Of a stretch of DNA of 64,000 nucleotides, positions 28,759 to 38,591 are shown piece by piece. Location of the stretch: contig OY759969.1 in the NCBI GenBank assembly GCA_963662865.1, positions 2,287,742-2,351,741 on the forward strand. The letters run 5' to 3'. Below the pieces are notes generated by a model. That model was not told the DNA's origin. It saw nothing but the letters and a program-made list of their open reading frames with translations, and made no database searches. Source of the stretch: Gammaproteobacteria bacterium (GTDB lineage Bacteria; Pseudomonadota; Gammaproteobacteria; JAJDYQ01). Each line of letters starts with the position of its first letter. Position 1 is the first letter of the stretch. A program made the translations under genes and the position numbers.

Positions 28759-30121
28759 CCCTTTTCATATAGGTAAGCTCCGCAGATATCTGATTAATGC
28801 CATCAATCGCATTATCAAAAACCGTCATACCATCAATGCCCTGTTTATCTATAGTGCATTGTCTTAAGCCGCCTTTCTCACAAAGATAAGCTCTAACAGA
28901 TTTTGGGTCAAGATGATCAATCTCTGTATATTCTCTTTTATGCTTCACAAGAAACTCTTTTTTTCTGTCAAAATCACCGTGCAGCATAATCAGATTATTA
29001 ATTTCTTTGATTATGTAATCGCTGTAGGTTGTTATAAGAACTTTAATTCCTGCATTAACACAAAATACCAAGAGTCGTGCCATTAGAATTTGATTGGTCG
29101 GGCTAAGATGGCTTTCGGGCTCATCAATGATAAGGAGTTGATTTGGCGCAGCTTTGTGTTTTAAATAAAAATATAAATCAGAAAGCCCTCTTGCCGAGGA
29201 TGAAGCCAGATGTAATGGTATATTAAATTTATCCTTCCTTTTTCTTGAAATAAATCTGATTTCATCTTTTATCATCTTATAGTAGCCATCCATCATATAT
29301 CTTATTGGAACGACTGTATCATCTATCAATTCACTTTTTTGTCTTTGTATGTTTGACAAATCCCTGGTGAAGTCTATATTATCTTTTATGGGCTGTGCAT
29401 AACGTGCACTTTGTTTTTCAATAAAAATAAACGGATCAGAATGCCTATCGTCTGACAATTTTTGCAGCTCCTCAACCAACCTGTTCTTGGTAAAATCCAG
29501 TTCTTTATAAAACAATGAAATACCAAATCTTTCTGCGGATAAAATATGGAGATTGAGACCAATATTAAGTGCTGTTCTTGCAAGTAATCTGCATACACCA
29601 CTCTCAATGACCGATGACGGCATACTTTCTAAACCATCAGCTTCAAATATCAAATTTCTATCATCCTGAAAAAAGGATTTCATCGTTGCCTTATCTTTTG
29701 AAGGGAACTTGATTGCATCTGATGTCGTTTGATGGTCTTTTCCCCAGTCAAGTTGGAAATGTGCCCCTTCAAATTCGCTTCTTGGAGAGCTGAATACCTG
29801 ATGAATAATTTCTTGAGAAAAGAATTGATATGCTCTGTTGATCAACTCATTACGTATTTTTTCGTATTCTTCTAATTCAATACGTGCTGTGCCTGTCTCT
29901 TCTATCTGTCGTGTGACCTCTTCTATTTTTTCCTCAAACCATTCAGGGAAATCAATTATATCATAAAGGGGAAATCCATTTTTACAAAAATCTAAAAACC
30001 CATAAAGGGTATAAACAAGGTAAGTTTTACCGGTATTATTCTGCCCTGCAATGATCGTTAAATCTCCCAATTCCAGTTCGGCATCCTTGATTGGCCCGAT
30101 ATTTTTGAAGGTTGCTTTCAT
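28739..30121 (-). CDS. ABC-type AAA ATPase (AAA_15/AAA_21-like, OLD/Septu/PARIS-type) without a fused nuclease domain
   Basis: Walker A IIAGQNNTGKTYL near the N-terminus. A distal Walker B/D-loop LLIIDEPESHLSP, with a long insert between. Start placed at the ATG at 30121 (MKATFKNIGP) with an AGAGGAAAT RBS, 5 nt after the mod stop. Confidence 0.7.
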   Translation of the reverse strand: MKATFKNIGPIKDAELELGDLTIIAGQNNTGKTYLVYTLYGFLDFCKNGFPLYDIIDFPEWFEEKIEEVTRQIEETGTARIELEEYEKIRNELINRAYQFFSQEIIHQVFSSPRSEFEGAHFQLDWGKDHQTTSDAIKFPSKDKATMKSFFQDDRNLIFEADGLESMPSSVIESGVCRLLARTALNIGLNLHILSAERFGISLFYKELDFTKNRLVEELQKLSDDRHSDPFIFIEKQSARYAQPIKDNIDFTRDLSNIQRQKSELIDDTVVPIRYMMDGYYKMIKDEIRFISRKRKDKFNIPLHLASSSARGLSDLYFYLKHKAAPNQLLIIDEPESHLSPTNQILMARLLVFCVNAGIKVLITTYSDYIIKEINNLIMLHGDFDRKKEFLVKHKREYTEIDHLDPKSVRAYLCEKGGLRQCTIDKQGIDGMTVFDNAIDGINQISAELTYMKRDDSKDD

Positions 30122-30125
30122 GCTT

Positions 30126-32741
30126 TCATTTCCTCTGAATAACATTAATGACTTTGAGGCTCTCAATCCCACGGTCATCCACTATTTTAACCGCGATTCG
30201 GCTGTTTTTGCCCAATTCAAACGGCAGTGACACCGTGCCTTGGTAGGATTCTATCAGGCCTTCGTCTATTTCGGCCCTCAGGTTTCTGGCGAGTTTTGTC
30301 CAGCCGCCTTTGTCGTCTGCCATTGGGAAGAACACCTGACTCGGATACAGGCTTCTGCCGTCGTAGTCGGTGTCCAGCATCCAGACGGCGATTTTGTTTT
30401 CATCACCGGATTCCAGTTTGCCGGTTCGGGTATTGAAATAGTCAAAGCCGTTCATGTGCACCTGCCATTGCCCCATCAGTTCGCCTTTTCTGATTTGTTC
30501 TACCGCGATGTCCGGCTGGCCTATCAGCCAGAAACTTTCATTGCCTGACCGTTTCTTTTTCAGATCATCGGTTTGCAGGTCGGCGTTCATTTGCGCTTTC
30601 AGTGGTGTCACCCCGGGCCAGTTGGTTTCGTCTATATCCCTGGCGGCTTCGGGATCAAACTGAAAGGCGGCGAACACAACCATTTCAGGCTTTGGCATCA
30701 GGGTTGCCGCTTCCTGCAAGGCGTTTTCTACCTGTCGCGCTTCCAGCGGGGCGTGTTCCGGGCCGAAGGAGATCACCGCACGGCGGGGTTTATAGGCGGT
30801 TGCGGTTTCTCTTACTGCATCTGTACCGGAATCATCCGGTCTGGTTTCGGCGTCTGCATGCAGCCAGCGGCACGGCAGGGGGTCAATACGGGAAAATGAA
30901 ATGCGCTGTCCGCCCTTGCCGCGTATGCCGGTTTTCAGCAGTTCATCACGCCATTCGCTCTGGCGCAGGGTTTCGCCGGTGCGGGCAATGGTTGCATCTG
31001 CCGGAACAGGCGGCGCCTGTATATTATCAATCGGCTGCACGGTCGGAGACGGCACGGCTTCCGCGGTAAAGGGGCCGGTAACACGTGCCCGTTTACTGTC
31101 TTTTTCCGGTTGATCAAACAGGGTTTCCCTTGTAGATGGCTTTACGCCAATCAAAACGCTTGGGGATACCTTCGGAACATATTTATATTCAAACCCGCCT
31201 CCCACGCCTTCATCGGGCCAGGCCAGTTTGTAATAGTCAAATGTGGCGGTCATCAGTCGTTGTTTGGCGAGGGTCAATGCCACACGCGAAGTGTCGCAGG
31301 TGATCCAGCGGCGCCCCCATTGCTCGGCCATAGTGGCGGTTGTGCCGGAACCGCAGGTCGGGTCAAACACCAGATCGCCCGGGTCGGTCGTCATCAGGAG
31401 GCAGCGTTGTATGGCCTTAACCGAAGTCTCCACAACATATCTCTTTTCACTCGGATACATCTGCGCCGGCCAGATATTATTGATACGCCGTCCCGGCACT
31501 TCATCTTCGTACTTTTTCCACCTGAGAGAGTCCTGTTTTTCAAGTGCTTCCAGCCGCCCCATTTCTGCCAGTTTGTCCAAGCCCTGTTTTGAAACAGACC
31601 AGTGTCTGTTTTTTGAACATCGGAAAATTCTGCCCTTCCATTGATAGGGTTCGGACCTTCCGGTGGTAGAAACGCCCTGCGAGTCCAGTCCTGTGCGCTG
31701 ATAGATGCGCGCCCCCTCGGGCAGGAATTTATCGGGGTTGAAACGTTCTTCATCGGTTAATTTCCGGCAGGTGCCATCAGACAGTTCCACCGCCACATAA
31801 GAGCTAAAGTAATCCACGATTTCCGGTCGTGTCAGTGGTTCGTACAACTGCCGATACTTCGCTTGGTTTTTGTCTTTTGCATACCAGAGCAGGTAGTCCG
31901 AGACCTGCGGCAGGTGTTGTGTGGAACTGCCACTGGTAGTCGCAAATGAAATGGTGGCGATACGATTCTCCGCGCCAAAAATATCGTCCATCACGGTCCC
32001 GACTCGATGCACATTTTCATCGCCAATCTGCACAAAGCACGAACCGCTTTCGGTCAGCAATTCACTTGCCAGCAAAAACCGGTCACGCAGATAGGTCAGA
32101 TACGAATGAATACCCAGTTCCCAGGTGTCGCGGAACGCCTTGATCATTTCCGGTTCAGAGGTTAAGTCCTCATCTTTGCCATCCCGTACCTCGCGTTTAC
32201 CCACAAACGGCTGAAAATTGGAGCCGTATCTAATGCCATATGGCGGGTCCATATAGACACACTGCACCTTGCCTGCCATATTCTCTTTTTGCAGCAGCGA
32301 GTTCATCACCAGCAGCGAATCACCGGCAATCAGGCGGTTGCTCCAGTTGTTGGCGTGTTGGTAAAACTCGATCGCTTGGCGCAGCGGGATGCTCTGCTCT
32401 TCTTCAAAAAGCGACGCCTGTCTGCCGTTACCGCCGTTGCTGTTTCTGACCGCTTCGATGATGGTGCGCGGGTCAATGCGCTCGTGGACATGCAACGATT
32501 GGGTCGGCACGGCAAAAGATGTGTGCTCGGCCTTGCCGGCCCATTGCAGTTGCGGGTCCAGGTGCGGGTCGTGTTGCCAGGTCTTTTTTTCTCCTTTGTC
32601 CGGGTCGGTTTTGGGCGTTACCAGCCCGGCGGGCGGATTGTTTGCCCTTTCCTCGCCTCCATGAGAGTAGGATTCGATTTTGCGTTTTTTCGGCGGCAAG
32701 TTTGTACACACCTTTTGATGATTCCTCCCATGGTACCGCAT
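30126..32741 (-). CDS. mod: Type III R-M N6-adenine DNA methyltransferase (Mod, beta-class) with a long C-terminal extension
   Basis: LIAGDSLLVMNSLL...GKVQCVYMDPPYGIRYGSNF (motif IV) precedes motif I LVFDPTCGSGTTATMAEQWGRRWITCD. 871 aa versus about 600-650 for typical Mod proteins. Confidence 0.8.
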   Translation of the reverse strand: MRYHGRNHQKVCTNLPPKKRKIESYSHGGEERANNPPAGLVTPKTDPDKGEKKTWQHDPHLDPQLQWAGKAEHTSFAVPTQSLHVHERIDPRTIIEAVRNSNGGNGRQASLFEEEQSIPLRQAIEFYQHANNWSNRLIAGDSLLVMNSLLQKENMAGKVQCVYMDPPYGIRYGSNFQPFVGKREVRDGKDEDLTSEPEMIKAFRDTWELGIHSYLTYLRDRFLLASELLTESGSCFVQIGDENVHRVGTVMDDIFGAENRIATISFATTSGSSTQHLPQVSDYLLWYAKDKNQAKYRQLYEPLTRPEIVDYFSSYVAVELSDGTCRKLTDEERFNPDKFLPEGARIYQRTGLDSQGVSTTGRSEPYQWKGRIFRCSKNRHWSVSKQGLDKLAEMGRLEALEKQDSLRWKKYEDEVPGRRINNIWPAQMYPSEKRYVVETSVKAIQRCLLMTTDPGDLVFDPTCGSGTTATMAEQWGRRWITCDTSRVALTLAKQRLMTATFDYYKLAWPDEGVGGGFEYKYVPKVSPSVLIGVKPSTRETLFDQPEKDSKRARVTGPFTAEAVPSPTVQPIDNIQAPPVPADATIARTGETLRQSEWRDELLKTGIRGKGGQRISFSRIDPLPCRWLHADAETRPDDSGTDAVRETATAYKPRRAVISFGPEHAPLEARQVENALQEAATLMPKPEMVVFAAFQFDPEAARDIDETNWPGVTPLKAQMNADLQTDDLKKKRSGNESFWLIGQPDIAVEQIRKGELMGQWQVHMNGFDYFNTRTGKLESGDENKIAVWMLDTDYDGRSLYPSQVFFPMADDKGGWTKLARNLRAEIDEGLIESYQGTVSLPFELGKNSRIAVKIVDDRGIESLKVINVIQRK

Positions 32742-32884
32742 ACTTGACCGTTTAACACTCCCTTAATCGGCATCTTGGTGAATCGTGATTTTCCATTCAG
32801 TATCTCCCGGACCCGATTGCCAGGATTAGTCAGAGTTTCCATAATGCCATTACCGAAGTTTCCTGCATTCTCTTCAAAAATTCC

Positions 32885-34144
32885 TTAATACCTCGCAATG
32901 ATTGTGATCAATCGTTGCAATGCGCCACGATTGGATTCGACATAGGCCCTGCCGTTGATGCCCAGTTCATAGCGTAAATCGGCGTCTTTCAATAATTCCT
33001 GTACGGTCAGGGCCAGTGTCTGGCTATCGGTGACCATTCTTGCTGCGTCTGCCTGTAATAATTGCTGGCTTATATCATGAAAATTAAACAGGTGTGGCCC
33101 AAACACCACAGCGATGCCCTGGGCCGCGGCCTCAATCATGTTATGCCCTCCAATCGGCATCAGGCTGCCGCCGATGAAGGCCACGTCGCCGGCGGAATAA
33201 AACTGCGGCAGTTCTCCCAATGTATCCACCAGATAGATATCCGACACGTCATCATGGGCTGTTTCCAGTGTGCGACGGATCACTTTCCAGTGATTTTTCC
33301 GGCACAACCGTTCAACATCGTCTGCACGTTCAGGGTGGCGGGGGATCAGCACCAGCAGGGCATCATTCACTGTTTTCTTCAGTATCGCATGGGCTTTCAG
33401 CACCTGTTCTTCTTCTCCGACATGTGTACTTGCAGCAATCCATACCGAACGATCAACCCCCAGCCGGCGCCGGAGCACCTCGCCCTGTTCGCGCAGCTCG
33501 GCAGGCGGATTGATATCCATCTTTATATTGCCCGTAACGATGACCTGCTCCGGGTTTGCGCCCAGGCCCATGAATCGCAGCCGGTCACTCTCGGTCTGGG
33601 CGGCGATACAGGAAATACGGCTTATCGCCTGATACGTCAGGCCCCGAATCCGCTGGTATCCCTTTGCGGAATGTCCTGAAAGCCTTGCATTGACCAACAG
33701 CAGAGGGACGTTGCGCTGATGGCACCAGCTAATTATGTTGGGCCATATTTCGGTCTCCATAATAATCGCCCGTGCCGGGTTGATCCGATTCAGAAAGCGA
33801 CTGACGGCACCGGACAAGTCATAAGGGGCATACACGTGATGCACTCGGCCACCAAACAGAGACGTTACCCGCCGCGAACCCGTAGGGGTCATCGTTGTTA
33901 TAACGACCGGCGTTTGCGGGTCAGAACGCAGGAAATACTCAATCAATGGGGCACTGGCCTGTACCTCGCCAACGGATACGGCGTGTATCCAGGTAGAGTC
34001 CATCAACTCAGGTAGCCTGTTAAAGCCAAAGCGTTCCGGCCAGCGATACCAGTATTCCCGGTCCCGAAAGCCACGACGCAACAGTCGCCATAAAAACAAA
34101 GGCACAAGCAGATACATCAACGCGCTGTATGCAAAGCGTGCCAT
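32885..34144 (-). CDS. waaA: 3-deoxy-D-manno-octulosonic acid transferase
   Basis: WIHAVSVGEV, MTPTGS and the glycosyltransferase C-terminal ETEIWPN...IGGSL. Confidence 0.85.
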   Translation of the reverse strand: MARFAYSALMYLLVPLFLWRLLRRGFRDREYWYRWPERFGFNRLPELMDSTWIHAVSVGEVQASAPLIEYFLRSDPQTPVVITTMTPTGSRRVTSLFGGRVHHVYAPYDLSGAVSRFLNRINPARAIIMETEIWPNIISWCHQRNVPLLLVNARLSGHSAKGYQRIRGLTYQAISRISCIAAQTESDRLRFMGLGANPEQVIVTGNIKMDINPPAELREQGEVLRRRLGVDRSVWIAASTHVGEEEQVLKAHAILKKTVNDALLVLIPRHPERADDVERLCRKNHWKVIRRTLETAHDDVSDIYLVDTLGELPQFYSAGDVAFIGGSLMPIGGHNMIEAAAQGIAVVFGPHLFNFHDISQQLLQADAARMVTDSQTLALTVQELLKDADLRYELGINGRAYVESNRGALQRLITIIARY

Positions 34145-34953
34145 TAGTCTGGTTTTACGACTGACAGGAAGGTGTCAATATTCTGCCGTAAGTGCCTCGG
34201 GTCAACCGTACCAATAATCAAACTGCTGACCGCCTGCTGTAGAAAAATGTGAGCATAAGACGCACTTAACGGATTAGCTACTCCGACCTTTGCCAGATGG
34301 CCACTCATCAAACCTTTTTTAATAAAGATCCCTTTCCCTGCGGCCCCTGCGGCCTGAATGACAGGCAATTCATTCGTTTCAGCAAGATTGTACATACACA
34401 TAATGACATCCAGAAATTGCACTGCCAGCAGTCCCCCTGCAATCGTTTTACTGGAGATCCCTGTCGCCTTTATTTTGCCCTGTTCCCTCATTCTCAATAA
34501 TGTTTCCACGACCGGTGTATTTTGCAGAATATTCATGTCGTTACCGTTCGAGTGTATCAGCACGATATCCAGGACATCACGTTTCAGTTCCCGCAGACTG
34601 TTTTCTATGGTGGATACCGTTGTTGACTCGCCGTAATCATATATTGACTGCCCATTAATAAACTGCTCACCCACCTTACTACAGATCACCCAGTCATTGT
34701 CTGCCCCAATAAGTTTGCCAATTCTGCCTTGCGCCGTGCCGTAAGCAGGGGCCGTATCCAGTAAATTCATACCGGCTTCATGGGCCTGGGATAACAGGGA
34801 TACCACGGTTTTATCATCGGGTATCTCAAAATGTCCCGGATATTTCACTGCTTCATTGCGGCCGAATTTGACGGTGCCAAGACCAAGCGCACTCACCGTA
34901 ATTCCGCTATCGGAAAGACTTTTTAATGGGATGCCTGCCATATTCAAATACAA
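34144..34953 (-). CDS. aldo/keto reductase-family oxidoreductase
   Basis: LGLGTVKFG ... LLDTAPAYG AKR signature. Confidence 0.75.
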   Translation of the reverse strand: MYLNMAGIPLKSLSDSGITVSALGLGTVKFGRNEAVKYPGHFEIPDDKTVVSLLSQAHEAGMNLLDTAPAYGTAQGRIGKLIGADNDWVICSKVGEQFINGQSIYDYGESTTVSTIENSLRELKRDVLDIVLIHSNGNDMNILQNTPVVETLLRMREQGKIKATGISSKTIAGGLLAVQFLDVIMCMYNLAETNELPVIQAAGAAGKGIFIKKGLMSGHLAKVGVANPLSASYAHIFLQQAVSSLIIGTVDPRHLRQNIDTFLSVVKPD

Positions 34954-36129
34954 TTATCCACGTTGCCACGCAACAAGCTCCCATGGATACCGGCCTGTAT
35001 CCGCCTGCGGCAATCCGATAGCGGCGTCACCGGTTCCCGACCTGTTTATCGGCATTGCCTCGACAAGGTTTAACACGTCATCAGCCACCACTGGGGCGAA
35101 AACCAGCTTTGTAGGCCATACCGTTATCTGACGCCCGCACTGCCTGATCACCGGCTTATCCGGCCTTTTCTTACCAGTCTGGACGCCCTCCGCACGATTG
35201 ATACTCAGCGTCGCCCAGCTAAGCGAGTCCGGTTTCATATCTGGAAATATTTTTTTCAATTCCTGTCCGGCCGCCGAAATCTGCTCTTCAGTCGAACAGG
35301 TAACACCATCTTCAGCCAGTTGTCCCCCGAGGTACCAGACAATTCCTCCTTCGGTACATTGATGGGATGTGATGGTCAAACGCGGATTCATGCCGGCCTC
35401 AATAACGTGGCCCCACAGTTCAGGCAAATCACCTTTAACCATGACCATCTGCAATGATCGACGCTGCATTGTATACGTCTGAATCCCTTCGTTACCCTCA
35501 CCGGCGGCACACACCAGGGCCTGGGCACTAAGATAGCGTGTTTCATTATTCGCCCTCACTTCAAGCAGCACATGATTGTTATCCACTTCAGAGCGGACGG
35601 CTTCGGCACTGAACAATCTGCCCTTGCTGAAATCGGCGAGACATTGCACCAGACTTGAGACATTGAGAACCGGTTCATGCAGACGATAGACCGTCTTCGC
35701 CTTAAGCATCTCAGGTAATTCCCGTCTTTCAACCGGCGTTACGCGACCGGACATCAGCTTGCCGGCCAAAAAGCTCGATACCCTTGACGGAATATCCCCG
35801 GCGCCCCACATCCACTGATGTTCGCTGTTTCGATGAACGCCGCTTAAGTCCGGAAATCGATGGCCCGACAAATGCTCGGTCCACCGCTCCGGCATGCCAC
35901 GCACCGCTTCGGAAGAACCCGTTACATTACCGATAAGCGCATATTTTGTGCCGCCATGAATAATGCCCTGCGAAGCCAGAGTCTGCCTGCCGCCAAGAGA
36001 CTCCTTCTCAACAAGGATGGCATCGTAACCGGCCTTACGCAGACTCGACAATACCCACAGGCCCGCAATGCCGCCTCCGACCACGATCACGTCAACAGAA
36101 GGTACCTGCCGATTACTGATCGCCTTCAC
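34954..36129 (-). CDS. FAD-dependent oxidoreductase (LhgO/DAO-like)
   Basis: VDVIVVGGGIAGLWVL dinucleotide-binding motif. GIIHGGTKY resembles the hydroxyglutarate-oxidase GVIHAGVYY motif. Confidence 0.55.
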   Translation of the reverse strand: MKAISNRQVPSVDVIVVGGGIAGLWVLSSLRKAGYDAILVEKESLGGRQTLASQGIIHGGTKYALIGNVTGSSEAVRGMPERWTEHLSGHRFPDLSGVHRNSEHQWMWGAGDIPSRVSSFLAGKLMSGRVTPVERRELPEMLKAKTVYRLHEPVLNVSSLVQCLADFSKGRLFSAEAVRSEVDNNHVLLEVRANNETRYLSAQALVCAAGEGNEGIQTYTMQRRSLQMVMVKGDLPELWGHVIEAGMNPRLTITSHQCTEGGIVWYLGGQLAEDGVTCSTEEQISAAGQELKKIFPDMKPDSLSWATLSINRAEGVQTGKKRPDKPVIRQCGRQITVWPTKLVFAPVVADDVLNLVEAMPINRSGTGDAAIGLPQADTGRYPWELVAWQRG

Positions 36130-37537
36130 GTATCTGGCTGATGATGTTTGTTGTTGAACGGCCCTCGATGTAATCCAGCACTATCACCTGCCCGCCGGTT
36201 TCTCTTACGCACCGTGCGCCGGGGATCCTGTCGGGGTCGTTATCTCCTCCTTTCACCAGATAATCAGGTCTTATCTCGCAAATCAGGCGCTCCGGGGTCT
36301 CTTCTGAAAAAGGCACAACCCAATCCACGGTGGCCAGACCCGCCAGTACGGCCATGCGTGACTCAAGAGAATTGACAGGACGACCTTCACCTTTTAATAT
36401 CCTGACTGCTTCGTCAATATTAACCGCAACAATCAGGTGGTCTCCAAGCCCCGCAGCCTGATTCAGATAATGGACATGTCCCGCGTGTAATATATCAAAG
36501 CAACCGTTCGTCATAACGATGCTTTCGCCACTTGCCCGCGTTTCAGCCACGAGCTGCAATAATTCATTTTCAGTAACTATTCCATGGCGGCCCCGTTGTG
36601 CGTGACTGGCACGTTTTAATTCGGGCACGGATACCGTGGCGGAACCCAGCTTTGCCACAGTGACCCCCGCCGCCAGATTTGAGAGAAGAACGCCCTGTTC
36701 AAGATCTGTTCCGGCGGCCAGAGCCGCAGCCAGTGTGGCGATCACCGTATCACCCGCGCCAGTCACGTCAAAAACCTCCCTGGTCTGAGCGGGTATATGC
36801 GTCGCCTCCCCTTCAGCCGGTATAAAGCTCATTCCTGCCTCGCCCCGGGTTACCAGCAGACCTTCCAGTCCCGCTTTCCTGATAAGCCGTACAGCACTAC
36901 GGTGTATTTCTCGGTCATCGGAGCATTCTCCCACGATTTCCTGAAATTCCTTGAGATTAGGCGTTATCAGGCTGGCACCGCGATAGCGGTTAAAGTCACC
37001 ACCCTTTGGATCAACAATGGCCTTTTTCCCGGCTTCACGACATTGATCGATCCATTTCCCGATATTAGTCAGCGTGCCTTTACCATAGTCAGAAAACACA
37101 ACGACGTCATGATTGGCTATCAGATCGTCAAGTCCTTCAGCAAGAACATCGCTTTCGGGAACGATGCCGTCTTCAATATCCAGTCTTATGAGTTGCTGGT
37201 TCCGGCTGAGTACCCTCAACTTGGTGATCGTGTCGAAACCATTGACCCTGTGTATTTTTGCCTGCACCCCGCTGTTTTCAAGATAATCGCAGAGCGACCT
37301 GCCGTTTTTATCATTTCCGACGACAGCCAGCAGTGTGCATTTTGCTCCCAGCGCCGTGACATTTAGCGCGACGTTGCCGGCCCCACCGGGTCTATCGGTG
37401 ATATCGTCAATCTGAACGACAGGAACAGGGGCTTCCGGTGAAATGCGTTGCGTAGTACCCGTCCAGTACTGGTCCAGCATAAGGTCGCCAATCACCAGTA
37501 CACTGGCATTTTTAAAATCAGGGATATCCAGGTTCAT
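36113..37537 (-). CDS. hldE: bifunctional D-beta-D-heptose 7-phosphate kinase / D-beta-D-heptose 1-phosphate adenylyltransferase
   Basis: VLVIGDLMLDQYW, a ribokinase-like domain, and a C-terminal cytidylyltransferase-like segment TNGCFDILHAGHV. Confidence 0.9.
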   Translation of the reverse strand: MNLDIPDFKNASVLVIGDLMLDQYWTGTTQRISPEAPVPVVQIDDITDRPGGAGNVALNVTALGAKCTLLAVVGNDKNGRSLCDYLENSGVQAKIHRVNGFDTITKLRVLSRNQQLIRLDIEDGIVPESDVLAEGLDDLIANHDVVVFSDYGKGTLTNIGKWIDQCREAGKKAIVDPKGGDFNRYRGASLITPNLKEFQEIVGECSDDREIHRSAVRLIRKAGLEGLLVTRGEAGMSFIPAEGEATHIPAQTREVFDVTGAGDTVIATLAAALAAGTDLEQGVLLSNLAAGVTVAKLGSATVSVPELKRASHAQRGRHGIVTENELLQLVAETRASGESIVMTNGCFDILHAGHVHYLNQAAGLGDHLIVAVNIDEAVRILKGEGRPVNSLESRMAVLAGLATVDWVVPFSEETPERLICEIRPDYLVKGGDNDPDRIPGARCVRETGGQVIVLDYIEGRSTTNIISQIREGDQ

Positions 37538-37675
37538 TAAATCAAGCGGGCGCAGTCAGACAAACCAGTTACGGTATCATATCACAGCGCTTCACGAGCC
37601 CATGGCAGGGCTACAATATGGCGTACCATGGCTGCGGCCATTCTGGGATAGAATACACAATCGTCTTCAGCTTGT

Positions 37676-38590
37676 TTGGAAATGCGGGAACAGGGCAATC
37701 ATAATTTTTACACGCCAGGGCATTGGTTGCTGTGGCTGCTATTTGGCTTACTGTATCTGGTGACTCGTTTACCTTTGAGTATGCAGCACTGGGTTGGTCG
37801 CCGACTGGGAAGCCTGCTTTATCTGTTTGGTCGCCGCCGACGCCACATTGCTGCGGTCAATCTGCGGCTATGCTTCTCCGGGTTGCAGGCATCCCAGCGG
37901 CACACACTGCTGAAAAGACACTTCGCCTTATATGGCGTCAGCGTCATTGAGTGTTTTACTGCATGGTGGAGCAAGCCGGAAATCATCAACCGGCACACTG
38001 AATACACCGGCCTTGAAAACTTTGAACAGGCTCTCGCCGAAAAACGCGGCATATTGTTACTGAGTGGGCACTTCACTACACTGGAAATCGGTTCACGCCT
38101 GCTGGGGCAGAAGATTCCGTTTTCAGGTATGTATCGGAAACATAAAAACCCGCTGTTTGAGCGCATCATGTCCGAGGGCAGGGAAAGATGGATAGCCGGC
38201 AGGTCCTATGATCGAAGGGATGTAAGAGGCATCCTCAAAAGCCTCAAGGCGGGTAATGCCATATGGTACGGCCCGGATCAGGACTATGGTCGAAAGCACA
38301 GCATATTTGTCCCCTTCATGGGTGTTACCGCAGCGACCGTAACCGGCACCAGCCGATGGGCCAGGCTGACAAATGCCATCGTCCTGCCGTACTTCGTGGA
38401 ACGCACCGAAAGCGGTTACCACGTCAGGGTATTCCCTCGGCTGGAAAATTTCCCGACCAGCGACCAGGAAGCCGATGCCATCCGAATCAATCAGATTATC
38501 GAAAAACAGATATGCGTATCACCGGAAAACTATCTATGGACCCACCGTCGCTTCAAAACACGTCCGGCCGGGGAACTCCGCCCATACTGA
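37676..38590 (+). CDS. lpxL: lipid A biosynthesis lauroyl/myristoyl acyltransferase
   Basis: LLSGHFTTLEIG and YGPDQDYG, typical of the LpxL/HtrB family. 304 aa. Confidence 0.8.
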   Translation: MEMREQGNHNFYTPGHWLLWLLFGLLYLVTRLPLSMQHWVGRRLGSLLYLFGRRRRHIAAVNLRLCFSGLQASQRHTLLKRHFALYGVSVIECFTAWWSKPEIINRHTEYTGLENFEQALAEKRGILLLSGHFTTLEIGSRLLGQKIPFSGMYRKHKNPLFERIMSEGRERWIAGRSYDRRDVRGILKSLKAGNAIWYGPDQDYGRKHSIFVPFMGVTAATVTGTSRWARLTNAIVLPYFVERTESGYHVRVFPRLENFPTSDQEADAIRINQIIEKQICVSPENYLWTHRRFKTRPAGELRPY

Positions 38591-38591
38591 G

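Noticed and set aside
30227-31592. String of 70-160-aa plus-strand ORFs antisense to mod, and similar ones antisense to cca, recG and tolC
   Set aside because: Arg/Pro/Gly-rich products characteristic of the wrong strand of GC-rich genes. They are fully contained in strongly supported CDSs.
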